From positions 7,165-71,164 of IMG/VR virus record IMGVR_UViG_3300025131_000024: a stretch of 64,000 nucleotides of DNA. The stretch is one strand, 5' to 3'. The position numbers and the translations under genes are program-made. The notes below the pieces were generated by a model that ran no database searches, had not been told where the DNA came from, and was given only the letters and a program-made list of their open reading frames with translations. Position 1 is the stretch's first letter, and each line of letters opens with the position of its first letter. This DNA is from a virus. Shown here piece after piece: positions 10,103-19,887 of the stretch.

Positions 10103-12170
10103 CTGTACCTCCTACTGATCCTAATAACTCTTCAATGGACTCATACTTAGCTTTCCAATAATCTATATCTACGTTTAGTTTTTGTATCTCCTTTAATAAC
10201 TCTTGAACATTAGGCTCTGGCTCCTGTTCTTCGTCTACTTTTGATACACTCCTAACATGCGCCCAAGATGGATCATGTATCTCTACGTCTACTAGCAAGG
10301 AAATCCCTAGGGAGTTTTCTTCCATCAAGTCCTTTACGGACTCTATAATGTATTCTTCCCCGGTCGCTACCTCTAATAGGATTTCATCATGCACCTGCAT
10401 AATTAATGAGGATTTTTTATCCTTCAGGTACTCATGCACCGCAATCATTCGTTCTGACATGATATCAGCGGAAGTGCCTTGGACTAGGTAGTTTATCCCG
10501 GCATAAGCAAAGTCCTTAGGAATCCAGTATTTTCTTCCATACCTATTTTGAACCATACCAGTCAACGTGATTTTTTTCACGACATTTTTTATAAATTCTT
10601 TAGAGCCGGGAAGCCCGTCCAAGAAATTATTTTTATACGTCTTAGCCTCTGGGATTGTACAGTCTAGGGAATTAGCTAAGTTAGCCAACCCTAGGCCGTA
10701 TAGAATTCCAAAAGAAAGGTTCTTAGCTGCTTGCCTATAAAACTTCCATTCCTCATGCGTTTCATCTACATGAAAAGCGGCTTTAGCCGAATTATCGTGG
10801 AGGTCAACCCCCTGCTCCTTAAGAGCCACTAATTCCTCAGGACTCATAAAGTACGAGAGGAATACCCACACCTCCATTTGCTTATAGTCTAACCCGTATA
10901 ATGTATAGCCCTCTCGTGGGATGAAGGTCTTACGGATCGAGAACTTAGTGGGGTCCCCCTCTACTAGGGATTCTCCTCCCACAAAAGCCCATGCAGAGAT
11001 GTCCTGATTGTCTAGAGATATCCTACCCTTGTTAGCCTTGATTATAGCCTCTAAGCGTCCTTGTAGGGCCTTCGTTTCTTCCTCATTAAGGTTCTGCTCT
11101 ACCGTATTTATAATCCCCCTAGGAATATTTTGTAGGTTAGGATTTCTAGAGGATAGACGACCTGTAACCGTTCCCCAATTACAGTAGGTACAGTGAAGAA
11201 CCTCTGTACTAGAGAAAGGTTCAATATACGTGTTTAACATCTTACCTAAAGACCTGTACTCACGTACTCGACCCGCCAACTCGTGGTCGATTTTAACTAA
11301 CGATTTTTCTCCCCAAGACGGGTTACCTTTAGCTGTTACCTCAGGAGACTGGATACCTAAGGATTCAAACACCTTACCAAGTTGAGGATTAGAGGAAACA
11401 TTAAATTCTTGCCCTGCTATATCATAGATACGCTTTAACACAGCCTCTTGTCTAGCAGTAATTCGTTTAGCCCCGTCGGAAGCATACTCGCTATCAATTT
11501 TAACTCCCCTGTACTCCATTTGGTACAGAACAGACGTAAGCTTAATGCTTTGATCCCAAATTTGTGTTTGTTGGGTGGCCTCTATTTCAGCTTTTCTAGA
11601 AAAGAATAATTTTCGAGTCCACAACACATCATCACAACAGTAAAACCCAAGTAGACTAATTGGGGCTAACGAGAAATCTTTATTCCACTTGTTTTTTCTC
11701 ATTATCTCTTTACAAGATTTGTCATACTCTGCTGCTGATTCTCCAAACTCACGGGCAATGGTGTGAGTAAGGTCTAATCTCTCGTGTTTAGCCTTCTCAG
11801 TAAGCCGTACCATAACTAGAACATCTATAAGAACCTTGTCCTCCATGGTTAGCAGGTTTGGATTTTCAAATTCTAGAAATTTTAAATCAAACTTGATATT
11901 GTAACCAACAAGAACCTTAGCTTTATTTATAGTTGACAGTAATGTAGCTAGGTGATCAGCAGATAAGTTATCAAGGGGCTCCGGGTGGTCGGCATGACGG
12001 AAAGGAAAATACATCGCCTCACTAGTGGCGGTAGAAATCCCTACTCCACATAAAGTGTTCCTGTTAAATAGAAACCCATTACTTTCGATGTCTAAAAATA
12101 ACGTGTCAGATTCAGCTAAACTCTTAATAGAAGAGTCAAACAAATCAGCAGTTACAATTATTTTATCCAC
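10065..12170 (-). CDS. polA: family A DNA polymerase with 3'-5' exonuclease domain
   Basis: DIESNG, YNIKFD, TGRLSSRNPNLQNIP, DYKQME (motif A), RQAAKNLSFGILYG (motif B), VHDE (motif C). Confidence 0.95.
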   Translation of the reverse strand: MDKIIVTADLFDSSIKSLAESDTLFLDIESNGFLFNRNTLCGVGISTATSEAMYFPFRHADHPEPLDNLSADHLATLLSTINKAKVLVGYNIKFDLKFLEFENPNLLTMEDKVLIDVLVMVRLTEKAKHERLDLTHTIAREFGESAAEYDKSCKEIMRKNKWNKDFSLAPISLLGFYCCDDVLWTRKLFFSRKAEIEATQQTQIWDQSIKLTSVLYQMEYRGVKIDSEYASDGAKRITARQEAVLKRIYDIAGQEFNVSSNPQLGKVFESLGIQSPEVTAKGNPSWGEKSLVKIDHELAGRVREYRSLGKMLNTYIEPFSSTEVLHCTYCNWGTVTGRLSSRNPNLQNIPRGIINTVEQNLNEEETKALQGRLEAIIKANKGRISLDNQDISAWAFVGGESLVEGDPTKFSIRKTFIPREGYTLYGLDYKQMEVWVFLSYFMSPEELVALKEQGVDLHDNSAKAAFHVDETHEEWKFYRQAAKNLSFGILYGLGLANLANSLDCTIPEAKTYKNNFLDGLPGSKEFIKNVVKKITLTGMVQNRYGRKYWIPKDFAYAGINYLVQGTSADIMSERMIAVHEYLKDKKSSLIMQVHDEILLEVATGEEYIIESVKDLMEENSLGISLLVDVEIHDPSWAHVRSVSKVDEEQEPEPNVQELLKEIQKLNVDIDYWKAKYESIEELLGSVGGTDDWVYEDRFARA

Positions 12171-12239
12171 CTACACCCTCAATTCTGTAAAAGTAGGAGA
12201 GGCAGTATTACCTGCCTCTCCACAGTAGTTGGTCGTTAC

Positions 12240-12452
12240 CTACGCCTGAAAGTTTCTACGAATGTCCCGCACAAACTGTCCCTTAGCGTTTCGCTTCCTA
12301 GTCTTACGCCTATCCTCGTGTACGTATCTTTCCTTATCAGGAGTAACTTTACGCCTGACACTTGCCTTAGGCTTGGCTACAGTTAGCGTATTTTCTGAGG
12401 CTAACCCCTCACTTCTAACAAGGAGGTTTTTCACAAAGGTCATAAAACCCAT
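12240..12452 (-). CDS. small basic hypothetical protein
   Basis: AGGAG RBS; Arg/Lys-rich, RNAKGQF motif. Confidence 0.55.
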   Translation of the reverse strand: MGFMTFVKNLLVRSEGLASENTLTVAKPKASVRRKVTPDKERYVHEDRRKTRKRNAKGQFVRDIRRNFQA

Positions 12453-12463
12453 AACTTTTCTCC

Positions 12464-13327
12464 TTAAAACAACGATTCTTCTGGACTTGCCACAACTGTA
12501 TCAGTAGTGAAGGCTGAATTATCCGAAGAACTCACGTTCCATGGTGTATGCTCTTCCTTCTCTGTTGCATTGGGCAAGGTTAATGTAGTAGTTCGTGACT
12601 CAGCATTGCGCTTTTCTATTGCTGCTGCGATAGACCGCTCCTTTTGCAAGAAGAAATCTACTGGACGAACTAACTCACTAGCAGTCTGCCCATTCGCCTC
12701 AGAAGGCACATAACCTTCATCATTAGTAGCCTTTATAGAGTATGATGTGTCATCTCGACCACTGCCAGTTCGTCGAATCCGAACCTTATGCTGGTTAAGC
12801 GAACCATCCTCATCATAAATATCTACAATCTGATTCCATAGATACTTACTACGCCCAAAACCTTGCGACCACATTTGGAAGTTACCTGCCTCTTGCTTGA
12901 GGAAGGCCTTTCCACTAGGGGTTTGCTCAGTGGACCATGATGCAACCGTATCCTCACCAAAATTCTTCGCTAGAGCTTTAGTGTTATTAGGATTACGCAT
13001 CACAGACTCTACGTAGAGCCATACCCCAAACTTAGTCCTAAGCTGAGTACCTGAATCTACCTCTGTGGCCTTAAACTGTCCGCTAGAGGAAACTCCTTCT
13101 GCCATAGCGTCATAGGTATACGCTCCATTGCGCCCCATACCTGTTGCACGATATGTAGAAAAGTCTTGGATACGGTGATCCTCAGGGTCACCTGAGGGAA
13201 CTATAGTAACTTGAGCAATGTCACCATCATATAGCCACAGTTCTGATCCGGGGCCACGACGAGAAGAGCGTTCTTGCTCTTCCTTATCCGCTCGGTTACT
13301 GATTCCTGCAATTCCACCACTTACCAT
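12464..13327 (-). CDS. probable single-stranded DNA-binding protein
   Basis: RIRRTGSGRDDTSYSI segment typical of phage SSBs; acidic C-terminus EESLF; next to primase. Confidence 0.65.
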   Translation of the reverse strand: MVSGGIAGISNRADKEEQERSSRRGPGSELWLYDGDIAQVTIVPSGDPEDHRIQDFSTYRATGMGRNGAYTYDAMAEGVSSSGQFKATEVDSGTQLRTKFGVWLYVESVMRNPNNTKALAKNFGEDTVASWSTEQTPSGKAFLKQEAGNFQMWSQGFGRSKYLWNQIVDIYDEDGSLNQHKVRIRRTGSGRDDTSYSIKATNDEGYVPSEANGQTASELVRPVDFFLQKERSIAAAIEKRNAESRTTTLTLPNATEKEEHTPWNVSSSDNSAFTTDTVVASPEESLF

Positions 13328-14280
13328 TGTAAACTCCCTACCAAACCTAATTCGGTTCGGTTAGCTATTACGGAATGTAAAAGATTTACATCCCTGATTT
13401 CCTGAATGTCTTTATAACCCTCAGGGAGTCTAGCGAAACTGACTAACCTACGCTTCGATAATTTAGCAGCTATCCGCTGTGAAGCGGAGATTCCTGTTTC
13501 ATCATTATCCAAACATAGGATCAGTTCGGAGGTATGAAGTGAATTGAGGAGGGACTCTTGCTTATATGACAAGGAAGCCCCAAGTATTGCTAGTGATTCG
13601 AAGTTATGTTGTTTAAGCCATAATGTGTCAAGTATGCCTTCAGTTAGACAAACAAAGCTAGACTCATTTACATTATACAGCCCATAAACGATTTTGCTCT
13701 TTTTTAAGCCAAAACTGTATAAGTACTTAGGTTCATGCCCGACAGGTTGTCGGGTCACACTACCTACTGTAACACCTCTATCATCTCTGATGGGAAGAAC
13801 TAATCCTCCACGACCGTTTGTACCGGCCTCAGCGTCAATCAGAGTTTTTGCTGTGAACTCTCTATCAAAAATCCAGTTAGGCACCTCTCCTTTCGTATAG
13901 TCTATGACAACTTCTTCTAGGGGGGAATCTTCTTGACGCTTCTCATGCCAAGTATCCGCTAAACTAAACTCGATGTTCTCCGTAAATCTACGGATAAATA
14001 TATCAGTTTGAAGTTGCGACCACCCGGTAAATCTGGAAACGAACGCATCTAGGGTTCCTGCCCCACAATTGACGTAGCATATCCACTGCCCACTCTCTAG
14101 ATTTATGGAGAGAGAGGGCGATCTATCATCATGAAAGGGGCATCTAAAGACTCGTTGGGCTCCTCGTCCCGAAATACCTCCATAAGAGTCTTCGGTGTCG
14201 AACCCGGCTTCGTTGAGGATTTGCCCCCATGGATAAAGTTGAACCTCCGTTTCCTGTCCCGACGTTTTTTTATTAACCAT
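13321..14280 (-). CDS. dnaG: DNA primase (CHC2 zinc finger + Toprim)
   Basis: CPFHDDRSPS...CYVNC; EGILD; LDND. Confidence 0.92.
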   Translation of the reverse strand: MVNKKTSGQETEVQLYPWGQILNEAGFDTEDSYGGISGRGAQRVFRCPFHDDRSPSLSINLESGQWICYVNCGAGTLDAFVSRFTGWSQLQTDIFIRRFTENIEFSLADTWHEKRQEDSPLEEVVIDYTKGEVPNWIFDREFTAKTLIDAEAGTNGRGGLVLPIRDDRGVTVGSVTRQPVGHEPKYLYSFGLKKSKIVYGLYNVNESSFVCLTEGILDTLWLKQHNFESLAILGASLSYKQESLLNSLHTSELILCLDNDETGISASQRIAAKLSKRRLVSFARLPEGYKDIQEIRDVNLLHSVIANRTELGLVGSLQW

Positions 14281-14702
14281 TCTTTCAAGTCTCCAGAGGC
14301 ATTGGTAGCTAAGGTATCCGCTATCTCTTGTAGAGGATGCCCCTTATGACCGGGAATCCAAATGAGGTCTAGTATACCAATCTTTTGCTTTAATGTCAAG
14401 TACCTTTCCCATAAATCTCTATTTCGGGAGGGAGGATAATCTTTTTGAGTTTTATCTATTACGTATGTACTATCTGAGAACAAGGTGACGTTATTACTTA
14501 ACGACTGTAAATATACTAACTCTAACCCTTCTATAACCGCAGTTAATTCCATTCTACTGTTAGTAGTATCAGGAACCCCTCCTGCCAGAGTATACAATAT
14601 ATTCTCATCAGCGTCGGTAATCACTACACCCCAACCACCTACCCCACCGGGATTCACCCTACAAGACCCATCACTATAAATATGGATATTAGAAGTTGAC
14701 AT
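14103..14702 (-). CDS. rnhA: ribonuclease HI
   Basis: YSDGSC, NPG, TTNSRMELTA, SDSTYV, WIPGHKG, ADTLA. Confidence 0.92.
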   Translation of the reverse strand: MSTSNIHIYSDGSCRVNPGGVGGWGVVITDADENILYTLAGGVPDTTNSRMELTAVIEGLELVYLQSLSNNVTLFSDSTYVIDKTQKDYPPSRNRDLWERYLTLKQKIGILDLIWIPGHKGHPLQEIADTLATNASGDLKEWLIKKRRDRKRRFNFIHGGKSSTKPGSTPKTLMEVFRDEEPNESLDAPFMMIDRPLSP

Positions 14703-15969
14703 TAGTAAACACTTCTTTTTGAAGGTCTTCCTGCATTAACTCCTGTACATCCCCAACATCCACATTCCACTTCATGATACTTCTATCTTTTATCTCTACA
14801 TCATCCCGTTGCTTCATGTAATACAAGAATCTCAGATTATCCTCTTCTTCTACTTTGCACATAGCAAACGCTATATCACTTGCACGTACTAAAGCATCCC
14901 CATTAGCTACTTGATTCAACTTAGGGGGCTTGAATAGGTCTACAGCCTCCCTACCCGCTTGAGTGGTACAGAATACTGGAATCTCATGTGCCATAGCAAT
15001 ATTTTTCAAGCCTTTAAACAGGTTATCATTCTGCTCCCACTTTGCCCTGTTAGAATCATCACTAAGTAGATAAACCCCATCAACCACTAAGATATCAGGA
15101 GAATATTTTCTCACTAGATTACGAATAGTCGAAATATTTAAGGCATCGAACCCAAGATGGTGAGGAAACAACAAATTATTAGAGTTCATCTCTGTTAGGA
15201 ATTTTTCATATGCCCCCACATCTAGTCCCTCTTCCCCTCTTCGCAGCTTAGTTAGGGAAAATTCGTACCCCATTAGCTTACCTAAGAATGCGTCCATCCG
15301 CATAGACATAGCTTTTACAGGCATTTCCGTAGAAATTAGAAGTGTTTTATACCCCTGCTTGAGAGCAACTGCTGCTACCTTAACAGATAAAAACGACTTA
15401 CCCACTGTAGGCCTAGCAAACAGAGAGTAGAGTTCCCCCGGCATCCAACCCACACCTAGCCTATTTAAGGTCTTAAAGGGCGTAGGTATGCCCAACATAC
15501 CTAAAGACCTGTCCTTGCGCTGTGCGAGCCTCTCAGCGTACTCTTCTAGCCTCTGTAGGCTACCTGAGTCATACAACTCAATGTCTTCATCGACAGTAGC
15601 GGTAACCGCCTCTAATTCTTGAATCAGTTTTTCCACAGCTTGCTGTGGATTGTCACCCTTTATCTGGGGAACTAATTCGGATGCAGCCGCAACCGCAGTT
15701 CGGTACATAAGCTGTTGTTTTAGTTGAGCAGAAAAGAATCTTACGTCAGCCGCATCCGCAGCAGATTTATCCAACTCGGGATATTTCGCCAAGAGAACCG
15801 ACCTAGATGGAACTGTACGAGTATCATCTATTTCGGTTAGGATAAACTGTAGAGCCTCTCCAAACACAGCAAACTGTTTTGGAGATACATTGATCTTTTT
15901 TAGATCGGCATAAGATGAGATGTTAAGAACGATCCCGCTTTCCACATAACTGTAAGAAAGATTACTCAC
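14689..15969 (-). CDS. dnaB: DnaB-like replicative helicase
   Basis: ARPTVGKS, STEM, VVDGVYL, TQAGR, KQR. Confidence 0.9.
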   Translation of the reverse strand: MSNLSYSYVESGIVLNISSYADLKKINVSPKQFAVFGEALQFILTEIDDTRTVPSRSVLLAKYPELDKSAADAADVRFFSAQLKQQLMYRTAVAAASELVPQIKGDNPQQAVEKLIQELEAVTATVDEDIELYDSGSLQRLEEYAERLAQRKDRSLGMLGIPTPFKTLNRLGVGWMPGELYSLFARPTVGKSFLSVKVAAVALKQGYKTLLISTEMPVKAMSMRMDAFLGKLMGYEFSLTKLRRGEEGLDVGAYEKFLTEMNSNNLLFPHHLGFDALNISTIRNLVRKYSPDILVVDGVYLLSDDSNRAKWEQNDNLFKGLKNIAMAHEIPVFCTTQAGREAVDLFKPPKLNQVANGDALVRASDIAFAMCKVEEEDNLRFLYYMKQRDDVEIKDRSIMKWNVDVGDVQELMQEDLQKEVFTNVNF

Positions 15970-16379
15970 TTAGCCCACTCCTTTAACTCTTCTTCGATTG
16001 CTCTTAGTCTTTTAGCATCAGACGACGAAGGAAACCATCTACTAGAGATATGCTCATACTCTGCCCAAAGCTTCCTCTCCCTAGTTTTTCCCTTAAAGGA
16101 GATTAACCATTCTAGCTTTGGGTGAGCAGAAGTAACATCATAATCCCTAAAGTTTCTGCGGAATTCACTGATGATGGTGTTTGATTTAACTGCTTGCCTG
16201 ATTGCTAGTAGTATACTAAAAACATCGTGTTCTGTCAAGAGGGTCTTAAAATCTGACAGGTCTAACCCACCCCACCGCAAAGATTCGTAGGACCTAGATT
16301 GAATTTCGTGGAACTGGCTATTCCAGTAATTCAGTAAATCCCGACTAGTGTAATCTTCGGGATTTTTTGTTTTAGGCAC
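15966..16379 (-). CDS. hypothetical protein
   Basis: ORF coupled to dnaB and NADAR. Confidence 0.65.
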   Translation of the reverse strand: MPKTKNPEDYTSRDLLNYWNSQFHEIQSRSYESLRWGGLDLSDFKTLLTEHDVFSILLAIRQAVKSNTIISEFRRNFRDYDVTSAHPKLEWLISFKGKTRERKLWAEYEHISSRWFPSSSDAKRLRAIEEELKEWAK

Positions 16380-16791
16380 GTAATTCGCCCCTGACTTTCA
16401 TAAGGATGCTTTCTAGCTTATTTCGTTTCCGCCTATGCTTTTTGGGATAAGCTAAAGGACGGTTTCCAGTATCTTGGAGAAGGGAGGCTAGGGTTGGGTT
16501 GGACTCAAACTTAAGCGTCATTAACTGATACATAGTAGCCCATTGAATCTCTTTCCAATTAGGCCGGGTAAAACCTTCTCCTACTAGAGAAGATACGTCA
16601 GGTAACTTAGCTTTAGAAATTAAAACTTTAGTTTCTGTATCTGTAAGTTTAGCTGCCTGAAACGCATGTTCTAAAGTTGGGTAGGTTATACCCTCAACTA
16701 CTATCATAGATGGGTAGGAGTTGGTTAGAGCCTTGTATTTTCCAGTTAGTTCTAGTTTCGAAGGGTGCTTAGTCATAGTCTCCACCGTCAA
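16372..16791 (-). CDS. NADAR (YbiA-like) family protein
   Basis: LTNSYPS, YPTLEHAFQAAK, RPNW, KFESN, LQDTG, NKLESILMKVR. Confidence 0.85.
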   Translation of the reverse strand: MTVETMTKHPSKLELTGKYKALTNSYPSMIVVEGITYPTLEHAFQAAKLTDTETKVLISKAKLPDVSSLVGEGFTRPNWKEIQWATMYQLMTLKFESNPTLASLLQDTGNRPLAYPKKHRRKRNKLESILMKVRGELRA

Positions 16792-18379
16792 TTAACTTTA
16801 CATAGTCCTTTACGGACAACTTAACCTCTTGCATTTGTTCTGCCCCCTCCATAAACATATTGGATTGGGCTAAACGAGCGTTGTAAACCTTTTGTATACC
16901 TTCATCTATTGTACCTATTAAATGTGGCAATACAATATTTACCGTTTTTTCTTGACCCATTCTCCACAGTCTATCCTCACGCTGAACCATAGTACCGGGA
17001 TTATGAACATACCCATAATGCACTAGCGTATCCGCTCCCACCATATCCAATCCAAACTTCCCTGCATCCGTAGAGATAAGGATTCCCTTTTTAGCCTTAT
17101 TGAAGTCTCTAACTACTTCAAAGCGATTGTTCTTCTCCTGTCCTGAGATGTAATAAGGAGTGTCAAAGTGCTTTTTTAATTTCCTAGCACTTTTTTCAAA
17201 AAACGTGAACACTACTAACTTATCTACGTTTTCATATAACTCATCGAGCCACAACCTTTTAGTTTTGGGCATATTTTCCTTATACATCTCGCCAAGGCCT
17301 TCGACAAAATATCGCACATCTAGGGTAGCTGACCCAACGGTTTTATGCTCTTCCTTACTGCCACTCTCCACCCACGCCTTAAACTCCGCAGATAGAGTAG
17401 CATATGCTGCCTTCTCTTTTTTAGACATCTCTAACGGTATGCTAGTATAAATTTTGGGTGGAAGTTCTGTTAACTTCTCTATTTTAGTCCTACGCAAAAC
17501 AAACGGAGAAGTTAAAGCATGAAGCTCAGGAAGTTTATCTTTCTTAACCCCAATAACTTTTCCATTCCAATCCACCTCACAGTACCTTTTGGTAAAGGTA
17601 TGGACATTGGCAGAAATCACCTCAGGTCGGATAAATCTCATAATAGAGAAAAACTCGGTCAGGCTGTTCTCTATATAAATTCCAGATAAAGCAAACTTAT
17701 ACTCAGCATTTAACTTCAAGGCTCTCTTCGTTCGCATAGCTTTAGGATTTTTTAAATAAACTGCTTCATCAGCAATTATGACATCCCAATCGTGGGGCAT
17801 GTCGTCCCAGTCCCTATTGGGATGCAGTAAATCATAGTTAGCTATTATATAGGTGGCATCGGACTTCCAAACCGCCCTACGCTCTTCTTTAGTTCCACCT
17901 ACTACAAAAGCATCAATATTAAAGTGCTTCTTGAACTCGTCTGCCCATTTCCATTTCAAGGAGGCGGGACACAACACTAAAACTTTCTTAGCTTGAACAT
18001 CTATAGCAGCTTTAATGGCCTGTATGGATTTTCCTAAGCCCATATCATCAGCCAAGAGCCCCTTCTTAGCGAACGTCAAAAACTCCACCCCTACAGTTTG
18101 GTAGGGGCGGAGCAATCCATCAGATTCTCCCTCTTGAAATTTCAAATCCACTAATTTTAAAATAGTGTTTTCGACTGTCTGTTTGGCTATTTTAGCTTTC
18201 TCTGTCCATGTAGCATTCTCTAGTTGCTCTAAAGATTTACTAGCTAGTCTGGGAACTCTCCACTCTTGAGCTGGTTTAACCCAGTGACGAACAGGTAAAT
18301 TTTGGACGAGTTTCAAGTCCCCACTGTTGTAGGGGAAAGTTAAAATAAAAAAGGGAGCTTTGTACGTAATTTCGATCAT
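16769..18379 (-). CDS. SNF2-family helicase
   Basis: LADDMGLGKS, CPASL, IADEA, LRRTK, QREDRLWRMGQ. Confidence 0.9.
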   Translation of the reverse strand: MIEITYKAPFFILTFPYNSGDLKLVQNLPVRHWVKPAQEWRVPRLASKSLEQLENATWTEKAKIAKQTVENTILKLVDLKFQEGESDGLLRPYQTVGVEFLTFAKKGLLADDMGLGKSIQAIKAAIDVQAKKVLVLCPASLKWKWADEFKKHFNIDAFVVGGTKEERRAVWKSDATYIIANYDLLHPNRDWDDMPHDWDVIIADEAVYLKNPKAMRTKRALKLNAEYKFALSGIYIENSLTEFFSIMRFIRPEVISANVHTFTKRYCEVDWNGKVIGVKKDKLPELHALTSPFVLRRTKIEKLTELPPKIYTSIPLEMSKKEKAAYATLSAEFKAWVESGSKEEHKTVGSATLDVRYFVEGLGEMYKENMPKTKRLWLDELYENVDKLVVFTFFEKSARKLKKHFDTPYYISGQEKNNRFEVVRDFNKAKKGILISTDAGKFGLDMVGADTLVHYGYVHNPGTMVQREDRLWRMGQEKTVNIVLPHLIGTIDEGIQKVYNARLAQSNMFMEGAEQMQEVKLSVKDYVKLIDGGDYD

Positions 18380-18912
18380 CGCAGCCTAAGGTGCTGGTTC
18401 CTCTCTACGTGTGTTCCATCAACTGCGAAATTATCATTTCGAGCTAATTCTATAATAGCTTTTTTATCCACAGTTACTTTCAAACTGGGGTGGCTAGAAA
18501 GTTCCTCAGGTAACTCGTCTAGCTGAACGGTTAGACTAGCCCTCATGTATACATCGGGAATGCTGTTTTCGTTATCCACGACTAAACTCAAAGGACTATT
18601 CTGTAAGGCCATCGAGCCTAATGTTCCACCGCCCTTAGTTCGTCCAGAGGCCTCTAGGAGTTCCCTAGCATACTTCTTTACCCGGTCAACGTGATTAGTG
18701 ACAGCGGCTTTCTTATTCTTAAGCCTCTCTATCTCAGTCTCTAAGGAAGTTGCTTGGGCCTCTAAAGTTCTAACGGATAGAACTAAATTCTCCATACGTT
18801 GATCAAGGGTTTCTGCTATGCCTAGAAGGATATCAGAAATATCAATATCTTCTTCTTCGGCAAACTCTATAAGCTGCTTGTACTGGTCTGCTAACTCATA
18901 TATATTAACCAT
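18376..18912 (-). CDS. siphovirus Gp157-family protein
   Basis: NIYELA, EIERLKNKK, QNSP...IPDVYM, VDKKAI, C-terminal HLRLR. Confidence 0.8.
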   Translation of the reverse strand: MVNIYELADQYKQLIEFAEEEDIDISDILLGIAETLDQRMENLVLSVRTLEAQATSLETEIERLKNKKAAVTNHVDRVKKYARELLEASGRTKGGGTLGSMALQNSPLSLVVDNENSIPDVYMRASLTVQLDELPEELSSHPSLKVTVDKKAIIELARNDNFAVDGTHVERNQHLRLR

Positions 18913-19462
18913 TCTCTAATCCCACCTCTAGCTTCTTTTTAATGCTCTCTCTAAGTCTAACAGAGTTAACCCCTAAACAGTCTGTAATTTCCCTTAGCTT
19001 AAATTTCTGCGTCCTTAACTCTAGAAAATCTAACTCTTGAGGAGTTAGATTAGAGTTCTCAATTATCGAAAGTACGTCAACCTCTTCAAAGGCGAACGCT
19101 TGAGAAGTATCCTCTAAAGCTGCTAATAGTTTAGAGGATACAGATTGAGAATTGGACCGGGTGAGAGCCCGCTCGCCCGTATACCCGTCCGTATGCTGAT
19201 CTAACGAAACCGTAGACACCCGCTTCTGCGCCTTAGCTATAAGGCTTCGGATAACATTCAACATAGATACATGTAAGTAAGTATGGAACTTAGCTACAGT
19301 ATTCTCTGGATTATATCCCCTAGCGGATTTCAGTATCGCTATCCGCAATTCTTGAGCGATATCTTCAGAGTCTAAACCTATAATGGAAACACTACGAAGC
19401 ATAGAGTGGACTTTGGGTTCCCACTGCTCTAGTAGTTCTTCCTCGCTATACTCTGTCGTCAT
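18905..19462 (-). CDS. phage sigma-70-family RNA polymerase sigma factor
   Basis: region 2 EDIAQELRIAILKSARGYNP...KFHTYL; region 4 LTPQE...LREITDCLGV. Confidence 0.82.
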   Translation of the reverse strand: MTTEYSEEELLEQWEPKVHSMLRSVSIIGLDSEDIAQELRIAILKSARGYNPENTVAKFHTYLHVSMLNVIRSLIAKAQKRVSTVSLDQHTDGYTGERALTRSNSQSVSSKLLAALEDTSQAFAFEEVDVLSIIENSNLTPQELDFLELRTQKFKLREITDCLGVNSVRLRESIKKKLEVGLENG

Positions 19463-19552
19463 ACCTGTTCCTTTACTTATAAACCCATTTTATTATCTCT
19501 GATCGGTGTCCGTGGAGGGCCGTCTACGTGGCGGTCACGCACTCCAAATATT

Positions 19553-19690
19553 TGGTGGAAGTGAGGGGAATCGAACCCCTGTCCTACATACTTACTTGAA
19601 CATTCCTACCGTATTTGCTGTAGGCATTGTAGTAGTTAAGCTTGTTGCTCTGAATGTCTGCTAAATACCTAGTCGAAACCAAACACTCCC
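19553..19690 (-). ncRNA. ssrA: miniature tmRNA-like RNA (138 nt)
   Basis: 5' GGGAGUG pairs with 3' CACUUCC-ACCA including G3:U70; GGUUUCGAC D-loop analogue; GAC-AGGGG-UUCGAUU-CCCCU T arm; P2-like helix; own promoter. Confidence 0.8.
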
Positions 19691-19696
19691 GATACA

Positions 19697-19725
19697 ATTA
19701 TACACCATATCGAGAGCTATGTCAA
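19697..19725 (-). promoter_or_regulatory. consensus sigma70 promoter of the tmRNA-like gene
   Basis: TTGACA-N17-TATAAT; predicted start falls on G1 at 19690. Confidence 0.85.
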
Positions 19726-19733
19726 CCCCATAT

Positions 19734-19883
19734 TTACTCGTTTTCTAGGACTTTCATGCCAAGGGCTATGATGCCCCCGATGGTGCCAGTAGCAATTTCT
19801 GGAAAGTCGTTACTGGCACCAAAATAGGCTAGGATGCCCAACACTAAAATAGCTAGAAAAATTTGTGGTCTTACTTTGCCCAT
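19734..19883 (-). CDS. 49-aa two-helix membrane protein (holin-like)
   Basis: MGKVRPQIFLAILVLGILAYFGASNDFPEIATGTIGGIIALGMKVLENE; GGAG RBS; below the ORF-track cutoff. Confidence 0.6.
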   Translation of the reverse strand: MGKVRPQIFLAILVLGILAYFGASNDFPEIATGTIGGIIALGMKVLENE

Positions 19884-19887
19884 TACA

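Noticed and set aside
472-18379. Inteins or introns in nrdJ, terL, polA, dnaB or the helicase
   Set aside because: Lengths are ordinary, motifs are contiguous and no C...HN splice motifs or split frames are visible
19553-19600. tmRNA 3' fragment as an attP/attR integration scar
   Set aside because: The matching 5' end, P2 helix and promoter are also present, and no integrase is adjacent
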